Below, one piece after another: positions 1 to 40,627 of a stretch of DNA of 64,000 nt. Position numbers and translations under genes: made by a program. The notes under the pieces are model-generated. The model made no database searches, had not been told where the DNA came from, and was given only the letters and a program-made list of their open reading frames with translations. Positions within the stretch are counted from its first letter, which is position 1, and each line of letters opens with the position of its first letter. The stretch covers positions 5,642,001-5,706,000 of the forward strand of contig OZ249449.1 in NCBI GenBank assembly GCA_965235115.1, in the 5' to 3' direction. The stretch is from Laetmonice hystrix (taxonomy: Eukaryota).

Positions 1-235
1 CCGAAAGATGGACCAGGCTTGGCAAGAGGACCTAGCCCCACCAATTGCCCACCACCTCTTATCCCGACCCCTCCCCTGGGCCCTTACTGTAACCCCTAAC
101 CTTAACAAGCAACCTCTAACGGGAAAAAGGGTCTGGTCATCGAGACTAGACCAGGTTATCATGCCATTGGGTTACCAGTCCGACCAGGAGAACGCGAGTA
201 GATTGTGTAGATAGCATGGATTAAGGAGCCAAATA

Positions 236-490
236 CTGTGGCCGAAAAGTACAAACATTATCGGCTGGAGGAGTTCGAAATTCGGGTCACAGATTTTGCT
301 ACTCGGGTCAGATGTTGCTACTCGGCTCGCCGATTTCGAACCTCGACTCGCCAATTTCGCTACTCCAGTCAAATGTTGCTACTCGGGTTGCCGATTTCTA
401 TCCTCGGCTCGTAGATGTCGGTACTCGAGTCCAATGTCCCGAGTAGCGAAATCTGCGAGCCCAGTAGCAACATGTACTTTTCGGCCACAG
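236..490. mobile_element. Non-autonomous DNA transposon (MITE), Tc1/mariner-type by its TA flanks
   Basis: 18-bp terminal inverted repeats CTGTGGCCGAAAAGTACA / TGTACTTTTCGGCCACAG, TA on both sides (234-235, 491-492), and internal repeated GCTACTCGG-like motifs. Confidence 0.7.
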
Positions 491-1513
491 TATCCAAATC
501 ATGACTTCCTTATCTATTGTTATCGGGGATATTAGGCAACAGGTATCCTGATTTATGAATTAACATTCAAGAGTATGACTATGCCAGGAGAAATATATTG
601 TTCATTAGTGTTGTATAGATATAATCCTCTCGTGTAGGAATCGTATGAAACTCTGTGGAGGAATTAAACGCATGTCTTTGACATTAGCGGATTTCCTGCG
701 GGATCTTTGAGGGTGGGTGGGTGTTTTTTAGGGGTGGGGTAGGCATAGGATAGGCATTCTGAAAAGACACGGGGGGGGGGGGGTTACTCTAAAAGAACGG
801 GCCTGCAGGAAACACTGATTATTGCCGATGGGACACGTTGAAGAACCGGCCGAGAGATAACTAGAGAACCGCGGACCTGAATTTAACCATATGAATTCCG
901 ACTTGCTAACCAGAAAGCCTTGAAGAACTGTTGTATGTCTTACCTTATGGGTGGGATTAAGGTGTGCCATAGCGGTCCTGGGAAAACCTCCTGTAAGGAT
1001 GATTTGTAATACACAGCCTAAACTGCTGACCGTATCTGGTTATCTGAAACCGGGGTACAATGTCCACAACTCTCAGTCTCGGCGCTCAGACAAATCGTGG
1101 TCAGAGATTAATCCCGCCTTATCTCGGACCCACCCACCCAACCAAGGCATGCGAAGGCTTCATGAGGTATCTATACAGCATTACTTTTACAAGAAAGCTA
1201 CTTGTGTTTTTCCTTTCTTTCTTTCTTTCTTTCTTTCTTTTTTTCTTCCATTCTTCGCTTTCACATATAGGTCAAGGATAACAGTATTGTAGGCGGTATC
1301 ACGTGCGTGTCCAAGGGGGGGGGTCGTTCAGGGGTCGAAACCAGCCCCCAATTTCTTTTATAGGTTGATATTAACGCTTTCCTGTAGCCATACGAGATTT
1401 CGTTTGACCCCCACATCGTTGACTCCCCCCTGCGTGAAATCATGCAAACAATACTAATATTCGGGAATATAAATAAATATTAGATTTCTCTGGTGTATTC
1501 CAGCTTATCAATC

Positions 1514-15020
<13,507 letters not shown>

Positions 15021-15388
15021 AGGTACACGCCGGTGTCAACTCACCATAATAATGCTATCAATATGTCCATTACTCAACATCGGAGGTGACGGCACGAGCA
15101 TTAACCCGGACTTAAGGGAACACAATATTCTAGCAACTATACACGATTAAACATGTTATGTATGTCATGGTTGAGATGAGAACCTGGATAGATTCAGAAT
15201 CTATCCCGATGATATCAGAATTCTCATTCTGACCGGCTAGTATCAGGATTCTAAACAAATCCGAGTGAGATCGGAATTTTCGATTTATTTTGCTTGATTC
15301 CAATTCTAACCAACTAGAATCAGAATTCTGATTTCAACCAGTCTCAACTGTGGATGAGACCACAATATATACACTATGGGGGAGGCTA

Positions 15389-15520
15389 TACTGTGAAAAA
15401 TATCTGCGTATTTTTACAGTTATTACTTCGTTATTTTACAGATAACTCTACTATAAAATAAATTTACACCAAATAAAGCTGTAAATTTTGTCTGTTATTC
15501 TACGAATATTTTTTACAGTG
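15389..15520. mobile_element. Short CACTG-type (EnSpm/CACTA-like) non-autonomous element
   Basis: Ends TACTGTGAAAAATA ... TTTTTTACAGTG followed by TA, with internal TTACAG/CTGTAA motifs like the larger element at 30994-33888. Confidence 0.45.
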
Positions 15521-16025
15521 TATAATTACAATGTATGACAGTCCGGCGGCAGCAAAGCCTGCCCGCAACAATAATGTTACTTACCGTTTTACATGTTTCG
15601 AATTTCAAAATGGCTGGGCGGAATCCCTAGAGTTTGCTATGTGACAACACGGGGGGGGGGGGGAGTCAAATATCATGGACTGAAAAGGTTTTGATTTATT
15701 TATTTCTATTATTTCTTGAGCACTTATTGATAGATGTCAATGGTAACATATCAATGACATTTTATGAACTGAAAATCTACCACTATCCCTGGCACCAGAT
15801 CCAAACTTATATCCTACTCCCAGTCACCAGAAAACCTGAAAAAGACTCCTTCCTATCATAATCACCGGAATAATATGGGATCTTGAATGCATAACATGCA
15901 TGTTGTCCCGCATAGCGTCGAAACCAACGTCCCCTTCTCCAATAAACCAACGTCCCCTTCTCCAATAATAATTCGCTTCCGGCGTCGTTACTCCCTATCC
16001 CGAGTTCTAACCCTACCCCTACCCA

Positions 16026-16194
16026 CAGTAGCGTACCCGGGGGGGGGGGGGGGTTGCTTGGGGTGCTCAAGCACCTCCCTCAATTTGCCCATTTTTGTTG
16101 GCGCTTGTTGCCCATAGTCCCCTCCCAATTTGCAGTGCCTACGACGTTGGTTATTTCCAGCACCCCCTGGGTCCAGTTTCTGGGTACGCCACTG
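16026..16194. mobile_element. CAGTGGCGTA-type MITE with poly-G tract
   Basis: TIR CAGTAGCGTACCC / GGGTACGCCACTG. The same TIR family occurs at 54141-54514. No clean TSD seen. Confidence 0.6.
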
Positions 16195-16616
16195 ACCCGT
16201 CATTTGGTGTGAATCTTCCCATGGGGAATAACCACTATAATTGACCGCATTTTCAGAACTCATGAGGCTACATGGGGCAAGATTGAACAGCGCTTCCCCT
16301 GTGTTGGATAATTAACCAAACACTAATCAAAGTGTCGTGGCATGCTAGATCCTGAATGACCCGAACCTAGTCACACGATCTCAACATTTATCATCGGTTC
16401 CATCGACCCTTAGATGTAGAAATCGCCGACTCTACCGATCCTCAGATATTAGAAATCGGAAGGAAGAAATGAAGGAAGAAATGAAGGAAGGCAACGAAGG
16501 GAAACATATACTAAAACCTGGACATACACACTGGGCATAAAAAGAAAAAGAAAGAAAGAATGGATGAAGAAAAGAACTGTTACTGCAGGATACACGTAAA
16601 ATAAAACCAGAATTTT

Positions 16617-30013
<13,397 letters not shown>

Positions 30014-30319
30014 GATTGCAAGCTGGAATAAAGCACAAACCTTACATTAGGTATAGAATCATATATACGGACAATTTCTTCCCTGCTCTCTATCGCTCTA
30101 TCTCTCTTTCTCTGTCTTTTTCTCGGAGTTGATTTGTTGATATCTCTCACCTGTTGTGTCAGCATTCAGGTCGTTTCCACAAAGCGCATTCGTTCGGCTT
30201 AAAACCACTGGTAGGATTTTGTCCAGTTAACGAATCTTTCAAAATGATATAACTTGTAAAATACTAAAAGTCTAGGCTCGTTGAGCCCGACTTCACTAAC
30301 CTTTTGTTCATGTATTGCC

Positions 30320-30628
30320 GACATATCGCAGTGAGAACGTTTGTGAAGTGACCTGGAGATGCCTTCCGCCTCACGATCCTAAGCAGTGCTGCCGACTGCT
30401 TTATCAAAGGCCGGCCGTGTCACGATACGTCTATGTGGAGGGGCACGTTAAAGATCCCTTGGCACCTATTGATAAGAGTAGGAGTTCGCCCCGATGCCAG
30501 GTTTCCTCCTATCATCTCATTATCACCCAATGGATTTCACCGACTGAGTTAGTTACCTTGTTCTCGCCCTGAAATAGCTGAAATACTGCTGACTGGGCGT
30601 TAAACACCAACTACTCACTCACTCACTC
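30320..30628 (+). mobile_element. SINE-like remnant ending in (TCAC)n
   Basis: TTATCAAAGGCCG...TAAAGATCCCTTG...AAGAGTAG resembles a conserved metazoan SINE central domain. Tail CGCCCTGAAATAGCTGAAATACTGCTGACTGGGCGTTAAACACCAA followed by (TCAC)n. Confidence 0.55.
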
Positions 30629-30993
30629 CGCCTCACTCTCCTATCTACGTGTAATATCTCGTCTGTAGAAAACCTATATTGGAAGTTAATTCTAAATTGA
30701 CAGTAAAATGAGCCACCCCCTTCCATCACCCTGCAGACGCCGCGACTGTTTAAAGAACTAACGCACCATCTGCGACTGCTCTACAAAAACATCAATGAAG
30801 GCAGGTAGGCTATGATTAACGAGATCTGCAGCAGTTGGAAACATCTGCAGCAGTTCAAAAAATCTGCAGCAGTTCACCTGTTGCTTTCTGCGCACGCTCA
30901 ACGCCTGCGCGGTACGGCAGGTCACGTGACAGATAACGATTCTAGGGCCCGTCTTACTAAGGTCTGGCTATTAACGATATCGTTAAGTTAGTA

Positions 30994-33888
30994 CACTGTT
31001 AAAAATAATTACTGTATATTTACAGAAAAGTGCTGGCAGCAGCAGTTGCAAGTAGTTGCAATAAATATACAGCATAATAAATAAAACACCAAATTGTGCA
31101 TTCTTACAAATAATTTACGATGCAGGATACAATCCAAATTTATTATAAATGTATGAGAATCCTGCAATGGTCCAGTGCGGTAGTACGGATCACGTGACAT
31201 ATCGTCGAATTTAGGCCAACGGCTAGAGCAGGTCACATGCACCTTACTTTGGACAAAATTGTGCGAATTACACAAAACTTGCGTCATTTGATAGGAAATG
31301 ATAAAAGGAACAACTTTTGTTTAAAACAATTTTACGTTTGCGTGATATTTCTACCACTTATGGGGGTTTTCATGAAAAAATAGCTGAAAAATCATAGGTT
31401 TTAGGAAAATATTCCTATAAATTAGAAGAAGCTGTCGTTACCATGGCAACCGAATTTTTTTCTTTTCTTTTCGTTTTGATATTCCACATGATATAAGCTC
31501 CAAACTGATGTCTCACTTGGTGATATATCTACTTCATCTTTCATTACCATCTGACCTTAATTAATATAATGTCTACTTCATTATGCCAGATCTTGATATT
31601 TGTTGGTCAGGAAGGGGTTAAAGGAGTCCTGGTGACTAGTGAAAAGGGTTAAAATCTCAAATTACAAAATTTACAGACAGTTATGACAATGGACACACAT
31701 TGCCCAGCTGCTGCACCTTCTCCAAATTTAAAAATACCCCGATAACAAAAGAGAGTTCAACTAATAAGTTGCACATTAATTTGTAAATTCACTTGAAATG
31801 ATTTGCAGAGAGAGGGGTGAACTATAGGTAGCACATTTTGACAAAACCGTATAGAACAACTAGTAAATCACTTTTGATATCATTCATAACTAAATCACTG
31901 AGCAGTTGTAACTTTTTCACTTGTGAACAAATTACCATGATAACAAGGAGAGGTGACCCAATAGTTGCATGACCGTATGAGTGACAATACTGTGACATGA
32001 CCGTATGAGTGCATCAACCATATGGCCAAGAGTTACAGAGGAAACTGCCGTGTTAGCACAAATATTTTAACCAGTTATTTGTTTTAATACTGTCTAACTT
32101 TATCCCGAGGGGTGGGCATTTCGATATCTTCTAACATAGCAGGACCCCATTCATTATTTCTCACTGTAAGTCCAACTCTTGAGAAAACTGAACAGGCGAA
32201 ATATCAAAACGCCCCTGGTAGGTTAACCAATCAGATTTATTACCCTAGCCAATTTCTACTTAAGGAGAGAGATTCCATACTGAGGAAGACAGACTTCGAG
32301 TGCATACCTTTGGATGAATTCAAGAGTTGCCTCTGCTTCAGAGGGATACATGATATTTAGCACAAAAAAGGATGCAAACAAGACCATCAGTGCTTCCTTG
32401 AAGGTTTTAAGCGACTCCTGGACGATAACTTTCTCAATTGCGGCCAAGGAATGTATCCCCAGGTTCACCTGAAAAAGACGGCCCATGGATAATGTGTTTA
32501 TTTATTTATTTATTGACATCATGCTAATCTGACGAACCAAGGACCGCTGCATCCAGAAAATGGGTCACCCTGGCCTACTTTTCACAGAATCAATAGATTT
32601 TATCGAAACTCATATACCTTGAAATTTCAAGTCTGTCGGATTGGCAGTTTTCAAACATGGCTTGTTAATGGACAGACACATTTTTTCTCTATGCTAAAGT
32701 TCCATAGGCCCTCAATCTCGATAAGCTCACCTGGTGATAACCAGGTGAGCTAACAATCATGACAATGGCCTGATCATGAGCCATGACCATCATGTCATGT
32801 TTGAGCTTTCAGTTAGGGCCTACTGTGGTAAGGACTGATAGTAATTAATGCCTCAACAGCTGCCTTGTTTCCAGCAACCTGAAAAAAAGAGAGTAAGAAC
32901 AAGTACATTAACTAGTGGACCTGTTCATCACAAGCTCAATTTCCTATTCAAATTTTTAGGAAAATCACCTGATAATCAATCTCATGCTCTATAAGAAGAA
33001 TTCCTGAAATCTGATTTTCTAAGGCTCTCATTTTTTGTACGATGCATAGCACAGTGAGACATTTCAGAACTTCTGAGGATTTAATTCTACTAAAGTAAGA
33101 CAGTACTTACGCCAAAATGTCTAAATAACACCATGCTCTTTGGGCCTACTACAGACCCCTACAGACTAGCAATAAAAGTCTTTTATTATAGCCTTGTAGA
33201 TACCCGAAGGGACGAGGCTCCTGTGGTCCGAGTCTCTCGGACCAGGTCAACGGGCCCAGCAAGCGGGCGGCCGGTTGAAGGCCGTGGCTCGGCCTCGAAA
33301 AAGGTCATATCTCTCTTTCAAAATCAGCGTTACATCGGGCCCCAGCATTGGGAATGCACAGTCTGACAGCACAACTCCATGCTCAAATGCGATGCGAATT
33401 ACCAAACCCCCATCTCACATACGTAATAATTTCAAACCTTAAGATATTCATGTTTCATCATGTACATGAATGCTGACGGATTGCTAAATTTAATGCATGA
33501 TTATTTGAGATAAAAAGAATACTTGCCTCGGCTTTCAGTCTCCACATCTGACAAAAATGGCCGCTGGCGCACTTCCTGTTGATGACGCATTACTGTACAT
33601 TTACAGTGAAACTGGTTAGCCTATAGGTCCCCTATGCCTACAGACACAGATTTCTGTAATTTTACAGACATGTTTAATATTGCTTGTGACTGACCTTCAA
33701 ATTTACGGATGACTCTGTAATTTTACTGGGTACAATTGGTGTTAGACAATAAAATTACAGACAGTTCTTTAGAAATACAGGAAAAAATGTAATCCTATTG
33801 TGAAACCTATAACGTTACAGTTTTCTCTGTAAAATAATTGCATAATTGTTAATTACAGAACTGTAAACTTACAGATATTTTAACAGTG
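30994..33888 (-). mobile_element. CACTA/EnSpm-like (CACTG-ended) element with degraded spliced coding remnants
   Basis: TIR CACTGTTAAAA / TTTTAACAGTG with TA on both sides; dense subterminal TTACAG/CTGTAA repeats at 33590-33880; internal exon 32256-32486 (-) encodes ...FKEALMVLFASFFVLNIMYPSEAEATLEFIQR. Confidence 0.7.
32300..32470 (-). pseudogene. Exon remnant of a transposon-associated protein (SAMD3-like C-terminal motif typical of animal EnSpm elements)
   Basis: Motif LFASFFVLNIMYP...TLEFIQR followed by a GTATG donor. Neighbouring exon-like segments (32520-32880) contain stops. Family link is from recollection. Confidence 0.5.
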
Positions 33889-34202
33889 TATGGAAGTGAA
33901 TGGGAGGCCACTAGTTAACAACCAGTCGGGTTCTCATTGGCTGCTATGTAATTTAACGATATCGTTAATAACTAAACCTTAGTAAGACGGCCCCAGGCTG
34001 TTGGGGAGGGATTGGTGGAATTCAACCGGAAAAAGTCCCCTTGCGAACTCTATGTTCTTACGCTCTTCCAAACCGATCGTCCCGCCCACTGTCCCACACA
34101 AAAAAAGCGCAGGGAAATATTCAATTAGTGGGGCATTTAATATGAACCATTGTTATGCCCCTATTTCATCTTCTTGTTCGGTCCCTACGTTTATAGTTTA
34201 GA

Positions 34203-34427
34203 TCAACATTAAAGATACCACCGCGTCGGCATCCGAACAGGTAGCCATGCTGAAACGATTATATATATATTTTTTTTTTTCGATTTTATCGCCTGACTCA
34301 TAAGTCGGCCAATAACATCGGGCAATGTGAGGCCGGCTTGACATGGCGCTCTACTTCAACCTCCATTACCGCTTGAAGGCCTGACGTGTGTGGTACTTAT
34401 GGGCATGTCCGGCGCGGTCACTATATT
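34203..34427 (+). pseudogene. Degraded copy of a CRAL-TRIO (Sec14/MOSPD2-like) exon
   Basis: Homologous to 40628-40771 (GCGTCGG.ATCCGAACAGGT.GCCATG.TGAAACG...CTACTTCAACCTCCATTA...ATATTGTATGTATTC), but interrupted by an ~80-bp insertion and small deletions. Confidence 0.55.
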
Positions 34428-35954
34428 GTATGTATTCATTATGCAAAGGAAATTGGGAAATACATTTGTGATGAATATGTCTCGGAACATGATAATGAGC
34501 AAACAAGTATATAACAGGTTCAATTTGATGTCACAATACGATTTCGGCAGTCAGGCTTTTACCATAATGGCGGCGCCCACACGACGGCGTAGGCCTAGTG
34601 CACACGTGTGCGATAGATTACGAATTCAATGGAGACTCCCTTGGAAGAATTTCCAAAGACCTATGAATGACCATTCATAGATCTTTGGAATTTCTAAGTG
34701 CGGTATACAATATGCGAGCGACAGCCTGCGTTTGCCATTTAGCCTTCGACACACAGACAGCATGTAACAATGACAGGAGCAGTGTCGCGTCTCCCCAAAC
34801 ACATGTTTGTGTGTACATCACCTGCCATTTTGAAAATAGTTTTGTGACGTCGGCCAAGCAAGATGGCGTTCTTACTATCCGAGTCTATTTCCCGATTGAT
34901 CAGGCCCATCTCTGGCTGGATTGAGCCTGATGGCATGTTCACCTGGGACGGCTCCTGAACCCCTAACCTGCCGAGCTCGGGCCGAACTGGGTCACATCTA
35001 GGTAAAAGGGGCCCATTTCGGACCCAAGTGCCCCCCTAACCCCACCTGCACCGGGCCGAAAGTGGCACCCTAAGTTGGGCCGAAGTCGCATTCCTATCAG
35101 GGCAGATATATTTCAGTGTCAGTTTTGAGTAGGTTTGAAATATAGGGGGCCTAAATATTATCGCATTTTGATGTTTTAAGTTCAAAGTTATTTTTTTAAA
35201 TTTTGGGGGGACAGAGAGACGCCACCTAGAGGCGGGGATGCGAAAATCAGATGCGATGAAGACCATTTCGGAAAAAGTCATATTTTTGACAATTACATAA
35301 AAATAATATTTTCTCTGTGTATTTTGACAGAACTGCCCATAAGCACGTATATCAAAGTGTCAACTGGCAGAAACGCCCCAAATATAAAAAAAAGACATGG
35401 AATTTGATCTTCAACGAGGCATCATCGTTTGTTATGTTTCACGTAACAATTACATTTTAATACCATCTAATGTGGAATTTCATTCTTATGTAGGAAACAA
35501 AGAAATAACTTAGAAATGAGTAGCCTATTAAATTTGTTCTGACATTCACAAACTGCCCCCTCATTCATTCTTGCGTGTCGGTCAACGACAGTTCCACCTG
35601 CTGTAGCGATGATCTTAGCTCTACAATGGTGTTACTTTGACGTGTATTTATAGACCCATTTTTTATGTAGGACACATGTATTTCCCGCCACCGGTTTTTG
35701 ATTGACAGGTGCCACGGCAATCACACGCCGCTGTTGTCTGGACGAGGTGCCAGATCGACTAGAGAACACGCAAAGATGTTATGATTTATGGGAACAGCAA
35801 GCTTGACCTACTAAATCATCATCGGTCGACACTGCAACATGACGACCACCGGCCCAGTGCAAACCCCAGTACGTCATCCGTGCTCACCGTGCAGAACGCT
35901 TGCTTCGAACCATCGCGTGTGCAGTTGTTGACATTTTTGGTGCTAATTGACAAC

Positions 35955-36212
35955 GGCGTGGGTTGGTGGGTATTTGGGGTTTTACACCTTGCAACAGCCA
36001 GGGTCATATCACGGCGGTGAAGATGATGATGAAAGTCAGCTTTTCTTAGTGGAGGAAACCGGAGTGCCCAGAGGAAACCACCGACCTTCGGGAAGGAACT
36101 GACTGACAAACCTTTCACACATGCAGCCCTGGCCAAGGATCGAACCCGGACCGCAGCGGTGTGAGGCGATGGTCCTCGGTGTCATGAGCCAGCACCTTTG
36201 ACCACTCGGCCG
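35955..36212 (-). mobile_element. tRNA-derived SINE
   Basis: On the minus strand: A-box-like GGCCGAGTGGTC, B-box-like GGGTTCGATCC, conserved GGTTTCCTCTGGGCACTCCGGTTTCCTCC core, and a GATATGACCCTGGCTGTTG...GTAAAACCCCAAAT tail. Confidence 0.75.
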
Positions 36213-36970
36213 GCAACGGCGTGCCTCACTCAGAACACCGACGCTGCTTCTGATTGGCTGTTTCTAGGTCATATCCGGAGGCGAAGCAGGCCTCGGATGT
36301 ATGAACCGGCCATTTTCCCAGGATTTGTGCAAACCCCAGTGAAGCGGCATCGCGCATGAACACAGAGTAAATAGTCGACCCCTACGCACAGCTTAGTTCA
36401 AATATAATTTCTCAGCATATCTATCCTTCTCGAATTTTCTATCGTGGAGACAAAACAGTCTCTTCTTCACCTGGGAGGAAAACCAGATATTCTGACTTTG
36501 TAAAGTCCGACACTAGGGAGTTCTACATTTTCGGCACGGCGGCAGCGCGCGAGTTTGTTGTTTACATCCGGGTCAGTGGTCCCGACCTAGCCACCCACCC
36601 ACCCCACCCCCCAGCATGGCGACCTTCGTCGTACAGCCGAGATCTGACGCGAGTCAATCGTGGGTGAGCCGAGTGCGGCGTGCCTGTGGGTCTTGGCGGG
36701 GGGGGGGGGGGCATAGAATCAAAGCTGCCCATTTGAATGTGGCAGAGTACGGTCAACCTAGTAAAATGTTCAATCTGGGAATAACCGAAGACTACCACTA
36801 CTGCTACTGCTACTACTATAATACCGTCCAATTTCCAACTAAGAATATCTAGGATCAGACTGTCTTTTACAATCTGCGCTCAATGTGTTTGTGCACGACC
36901 CAAGTCAAATTACGACCGCCCCTTTAAGAATTCAACTCTCGGTGTTGCCGCATGCTGAACTGATTAGTTA

Positions 36971-37500
36971 GCCCTGTGTACACTGTCAACATTTTCGGTA
37001 ACATTCTCAGTAACATGTTGACCAGGTAGCTTGTTGCTGAAAATGTTGTCAGTGTACACAGAGCAAAGCAAATTGGGTAACATGTTACCCAACTGTTGCT
37101 CAGATGTTGACGAAAGAATGCAAATGCATTTATGTTACCGAGATGTTGCCGACATTAACCAATCAGGAGGAGACTCTAGGTCACCTGACCTAGTGTGATC
37201 ATGTGATTGGGACAAAATGGCAGCTACCATGGAGTGGTCTATTTTTGTACTTGGGGATTTCTTGGATGTCTGTCAACCATGAGCAGCAAAACTGCAGCAG
37301 AAGCCTTCTCTTCGAATCTTCCATCTTTGCGCATTCCCGCTCATTGTTTCATCTCAGCAACATCTCGGTAACATGATGGCCAAATGTTGCTAAGTGTACA
37401 CAGGGCCCAAAGTCATGTTGCCCAGGTGTGTTGTCCTACCTGGTCAACATGTTAACGAGAATGTTACCCAAAATGTTGACAGTGTAGGCCTACACTGGGC
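36971..37500. mobile_element. Palindromic MITE, Harbinger-like
   Basis: ~60-bp imperfect TIRs (GCCCTGTGTACACTGTCAACATTTTCGGTAACATTCTC...), internal AACAT/ATGTT repeats, and TTA / TCA flanks. Confidence 0.7.
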
Positions 37501-38695
37501 TCAGTCAACGAATCCTGCACAAACGCCCTATGATGAAGCATCATAATAACATCGCCTTGGTGGATAGCAGCATCGTCGGAACGGAAGCGGAAGTGCTTTG
37601 AGTTCAATCACTTCTGTTTCGCGGCTTTCTGTCAGCCAGCACCTGACCTAACATAGGGAATGCGTATGGTAGGCACAGGGGACCAGGCTAGGCCATATTT
37701 GGCAACCGGATACATGGCCAAATGGAGGTGTGTATGGCGAGGCACTGGGTGAACCGTCACTGATTTTGGGGAAAGCACTGGAGGCCTATTGTAGTTGCTT
37801 CCATGCCTGATGCAGGCAAAATACTGCAAGCACTGCCATGCTGGCGAGAGTCCCGGTTAAATGTACCCGCGATGCAATGTTCAAAATGGCGCCTATTTCA
37901 CCCGAGGCTACTTTCGAAGATATGGCCGGGGTATTTCCCGATATTTCCGAATGCATCGTGTCTGTCGATACGTAAAATTTAGCATCGTTGGGCTATGGAC
38001 GCTAACCAACCGACGTGGACCATCGCGTGCGTTTTGCATCGTTTATGTGGTTAGGGCCCTTAAATGACATACCAAATTATAATATGCTCCTAGCTTGTTC
38101 TCTCTTCCGTAAATAGGATGAACCCATATTTGCCGGGTCTTTCTTATTATGATATGCCTATGGTATTTCTATCTCGGCGATTCGGTATGAAAGGGACTCT
38201 CGTCGTGGAAGGAACGCATACATGTGTGGGTGAAAACATGCGCATTCGATCAGCCGCATCCGTTTGACGTACGTCGATCGCACCATTTTGAACGGACATG
38301 ACTTTGTGCTTCCAGCTTGAGGCCCAGGCTTTTAGTTCTCAGTGCAGACCGCGCCCACATGGTGGCCCCGTTCGTAGACACCAGGCCATATTTATTAGAA
38401 AAGTATGTATTATTCTTTTTATTATCCCACTTTGATAAAAACACCACTTATATATTATCCTACAGTCTGTCACTGCAACACACTTTTGTGTATAGGTGTC
38501 GGTCCATGCGGGGCAGCACTAAGATATCTACACTGTATAAAGTTGTTGTATATGTACAGCAAATTCTACCTTATATTAACAGCAACTTTTGCTGTAAAAA
38601 AATCTACAATACAATTTGCTGTAAATTAACAGAGCACGCACTGTATACAGGGATACATCACGTGCTGGTAAGTCTACAGACTATTGTTATGTTAA

Positions 38696-39454
38696 CCCTT
38701 TCGTGGTTACTGTCCTCAATTGAGGACACCACTTCTGGGTGTACCAGGTTAGAAGCATGTATCATTGTTCACAACCCCTGATGCATGATCCTCACTAGAT
38801 GGGAGGAGCATCCAATGAGTCTGACATCTGGTTGCTGAGCTGCGAACTAAAATGCGACCTTGACCTTGATATGAGGCAAGCATGGTCAACTACGACAACA
38901 ACAAAATCCGAATGTTCACAGCACCATCCAGGTGGAAAAGAATTCAAGCCAGAATTTGAGTATTTTTTTGGTAAATATATAGATGAGGAAGAATAGGAAA
39001 ATTAATAGAAAGTGGTGTGATTTTCAATGCTTAGGTGTCAATGGGTGTTCAAATATCTGTCCTCATATGAGGACGCTGCACATGTACGTCATCTGCTCTA
39101 AGATCTAAATACCCTCCCCATCTGGGAATATCGCACACTCAGCTGAAATTTTTACATAGCATTATAACCAATGTGCACTTGTTTTAAAAACAATCACTAT
39201 ATTTGCAATAATGTGTATTTTTAGGAGGACACAATAAGTCGCCATCAACCTTTCAAGTGCAGAGTCCTCGTGTGAGGACAGTTGTTAAGTTTTTTCTTGC
39301 GCACCGTCCTCATTTGAGGACACCTCATTAAACTGCGTTAATTATATAAAATGAAATAGCCACCATTACAAGTTGTTATTAAGTGAATAAACCCTTAAAT
39401 TTTTTCAGAGAAAAATTTTTCAAGTTACTTTTTCTAAATGCGTGCATGAAAGGG
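38696..39454. mobile_element. Possible piggyBac-like non-autonomous element
   Basis: Left end TTAA|CCCTTTCGTG, right end CATGAAAGGG (flanking TTAA not preserved), and repeated internal palindromes GTCCTCA..TGAGGAC. Confidence 0.4.
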
Positions 39455-40627
39455 TACATCCTCTTCGACGTGCTATAAATTTACAGGACGTAAGACGTTA
39501 CTCGATAACCAGGACAGTGGTCACGTGATAGCTCTCACCTGCCCCTTTATTTGTCTTTCTGAATTAACCATATTGGACCCCTTTTCTAAATTCCTGGATC
39601 CACTATGCACCCCTTCCCCTTTTCTATAAATTCCTTAATCCCCCTCTGACGACACACGGACATTGATTTTGAAAGTGTTGGGGGGGGGGGAGTCCTGAAA
39701 CTTGCCCGATTTTTTCATTGTGATGTTCACATGGGGTGCTTTATGACTAGCAATGCCACAAAATCCCCCCGAAAAGTAGGGGGGGCGATTACCCACCCCA
39801 TGCCCCCTATTCTGATGCCACTATAGCCATGTCCAATATTCTGGACATGGCTATTTTCCTGGCTGTGCATAATGCCCAGTATTTTAAAAAGTGAATAAAA
39901 GCACGTGTATTCCAACAAATACACATGCATTGCAAAGCTTATGTATTTCAGTGTATGCTATATAATGTATTTCATTCCTCCAACAGAAAAAAATGTGATC
40001 AAAACTGGAACAATGTAAGAATATTTCTGACTCTCGCCAGGACATAGGGGCCTATACGTCTTACCCATGGAGAGTGTCTTTGTGATTGGTCGTGCAAAAT
40101 CAGGTGACTAATCACGGAGGCACCTACTGGGAAAATTTTGAACTAGAAATGTCAAATATAATAGCCAGTATGTATTTTTAATATATTTGTGAGCCTGAAC
40201 AACATAAACTCCATCCAAAATATGTCCAAAATATTAGGCTATATGCAACAAAGGGTTAGTATGAGTCATTCGCCGGGTATCAGGCCAGTACCTTGTTAAA
40301 TAAGTTTAAATGATATCGTTAGGGTTGGACAGAACCAGTTTGTGATTCTCAAGGTGCGTGCACCTATCCTGCTTTAACCAAGCACAGATTAAAATGTCAT
40401 ACATTACTAGATCCGGAATGGCCCGAACCTAGTCACATGATCTCAATATCGATCATCGGTTCTATCGACCTTTCGATGTAGACATCGCCGACTCTATCGA
40501 CTCTCAGATATTAGAAATCAGAAGGAAGAAAGGAAGGAAGAAATGAAGGCAGGCAACGTCCGTAACCTTGACATACACACACACTGGACATGCTACTGCA
40601 ACATGGGCCGACTACAATATGTTGTAG

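Larger units (their letters stand above)
30945..33994. mobile_element. Harbinger-like MITE (~155 bp of own sequence) split by a nested element
   Basis: ~42-bp imperfect TIR GGGCCCGTCTTACTAAGGTCTGGCTATTAACGATATCGTTAA ... TTAACGATATCGTTAATAACTAAACCTTAGTAAGACGGCCCC. Confidence 0.7.

Noticed and set aside
34950-35300. GGGCCGAA-motif repeats as a defined element
   Set aside because: Repetitive look, but no termini or TSD could be delimited.
36053-36212. tRNA gene
   Set aside because: Only A/B-box-like motifs are present, joined to a SINE core and tail; no cloverleaf is evident.
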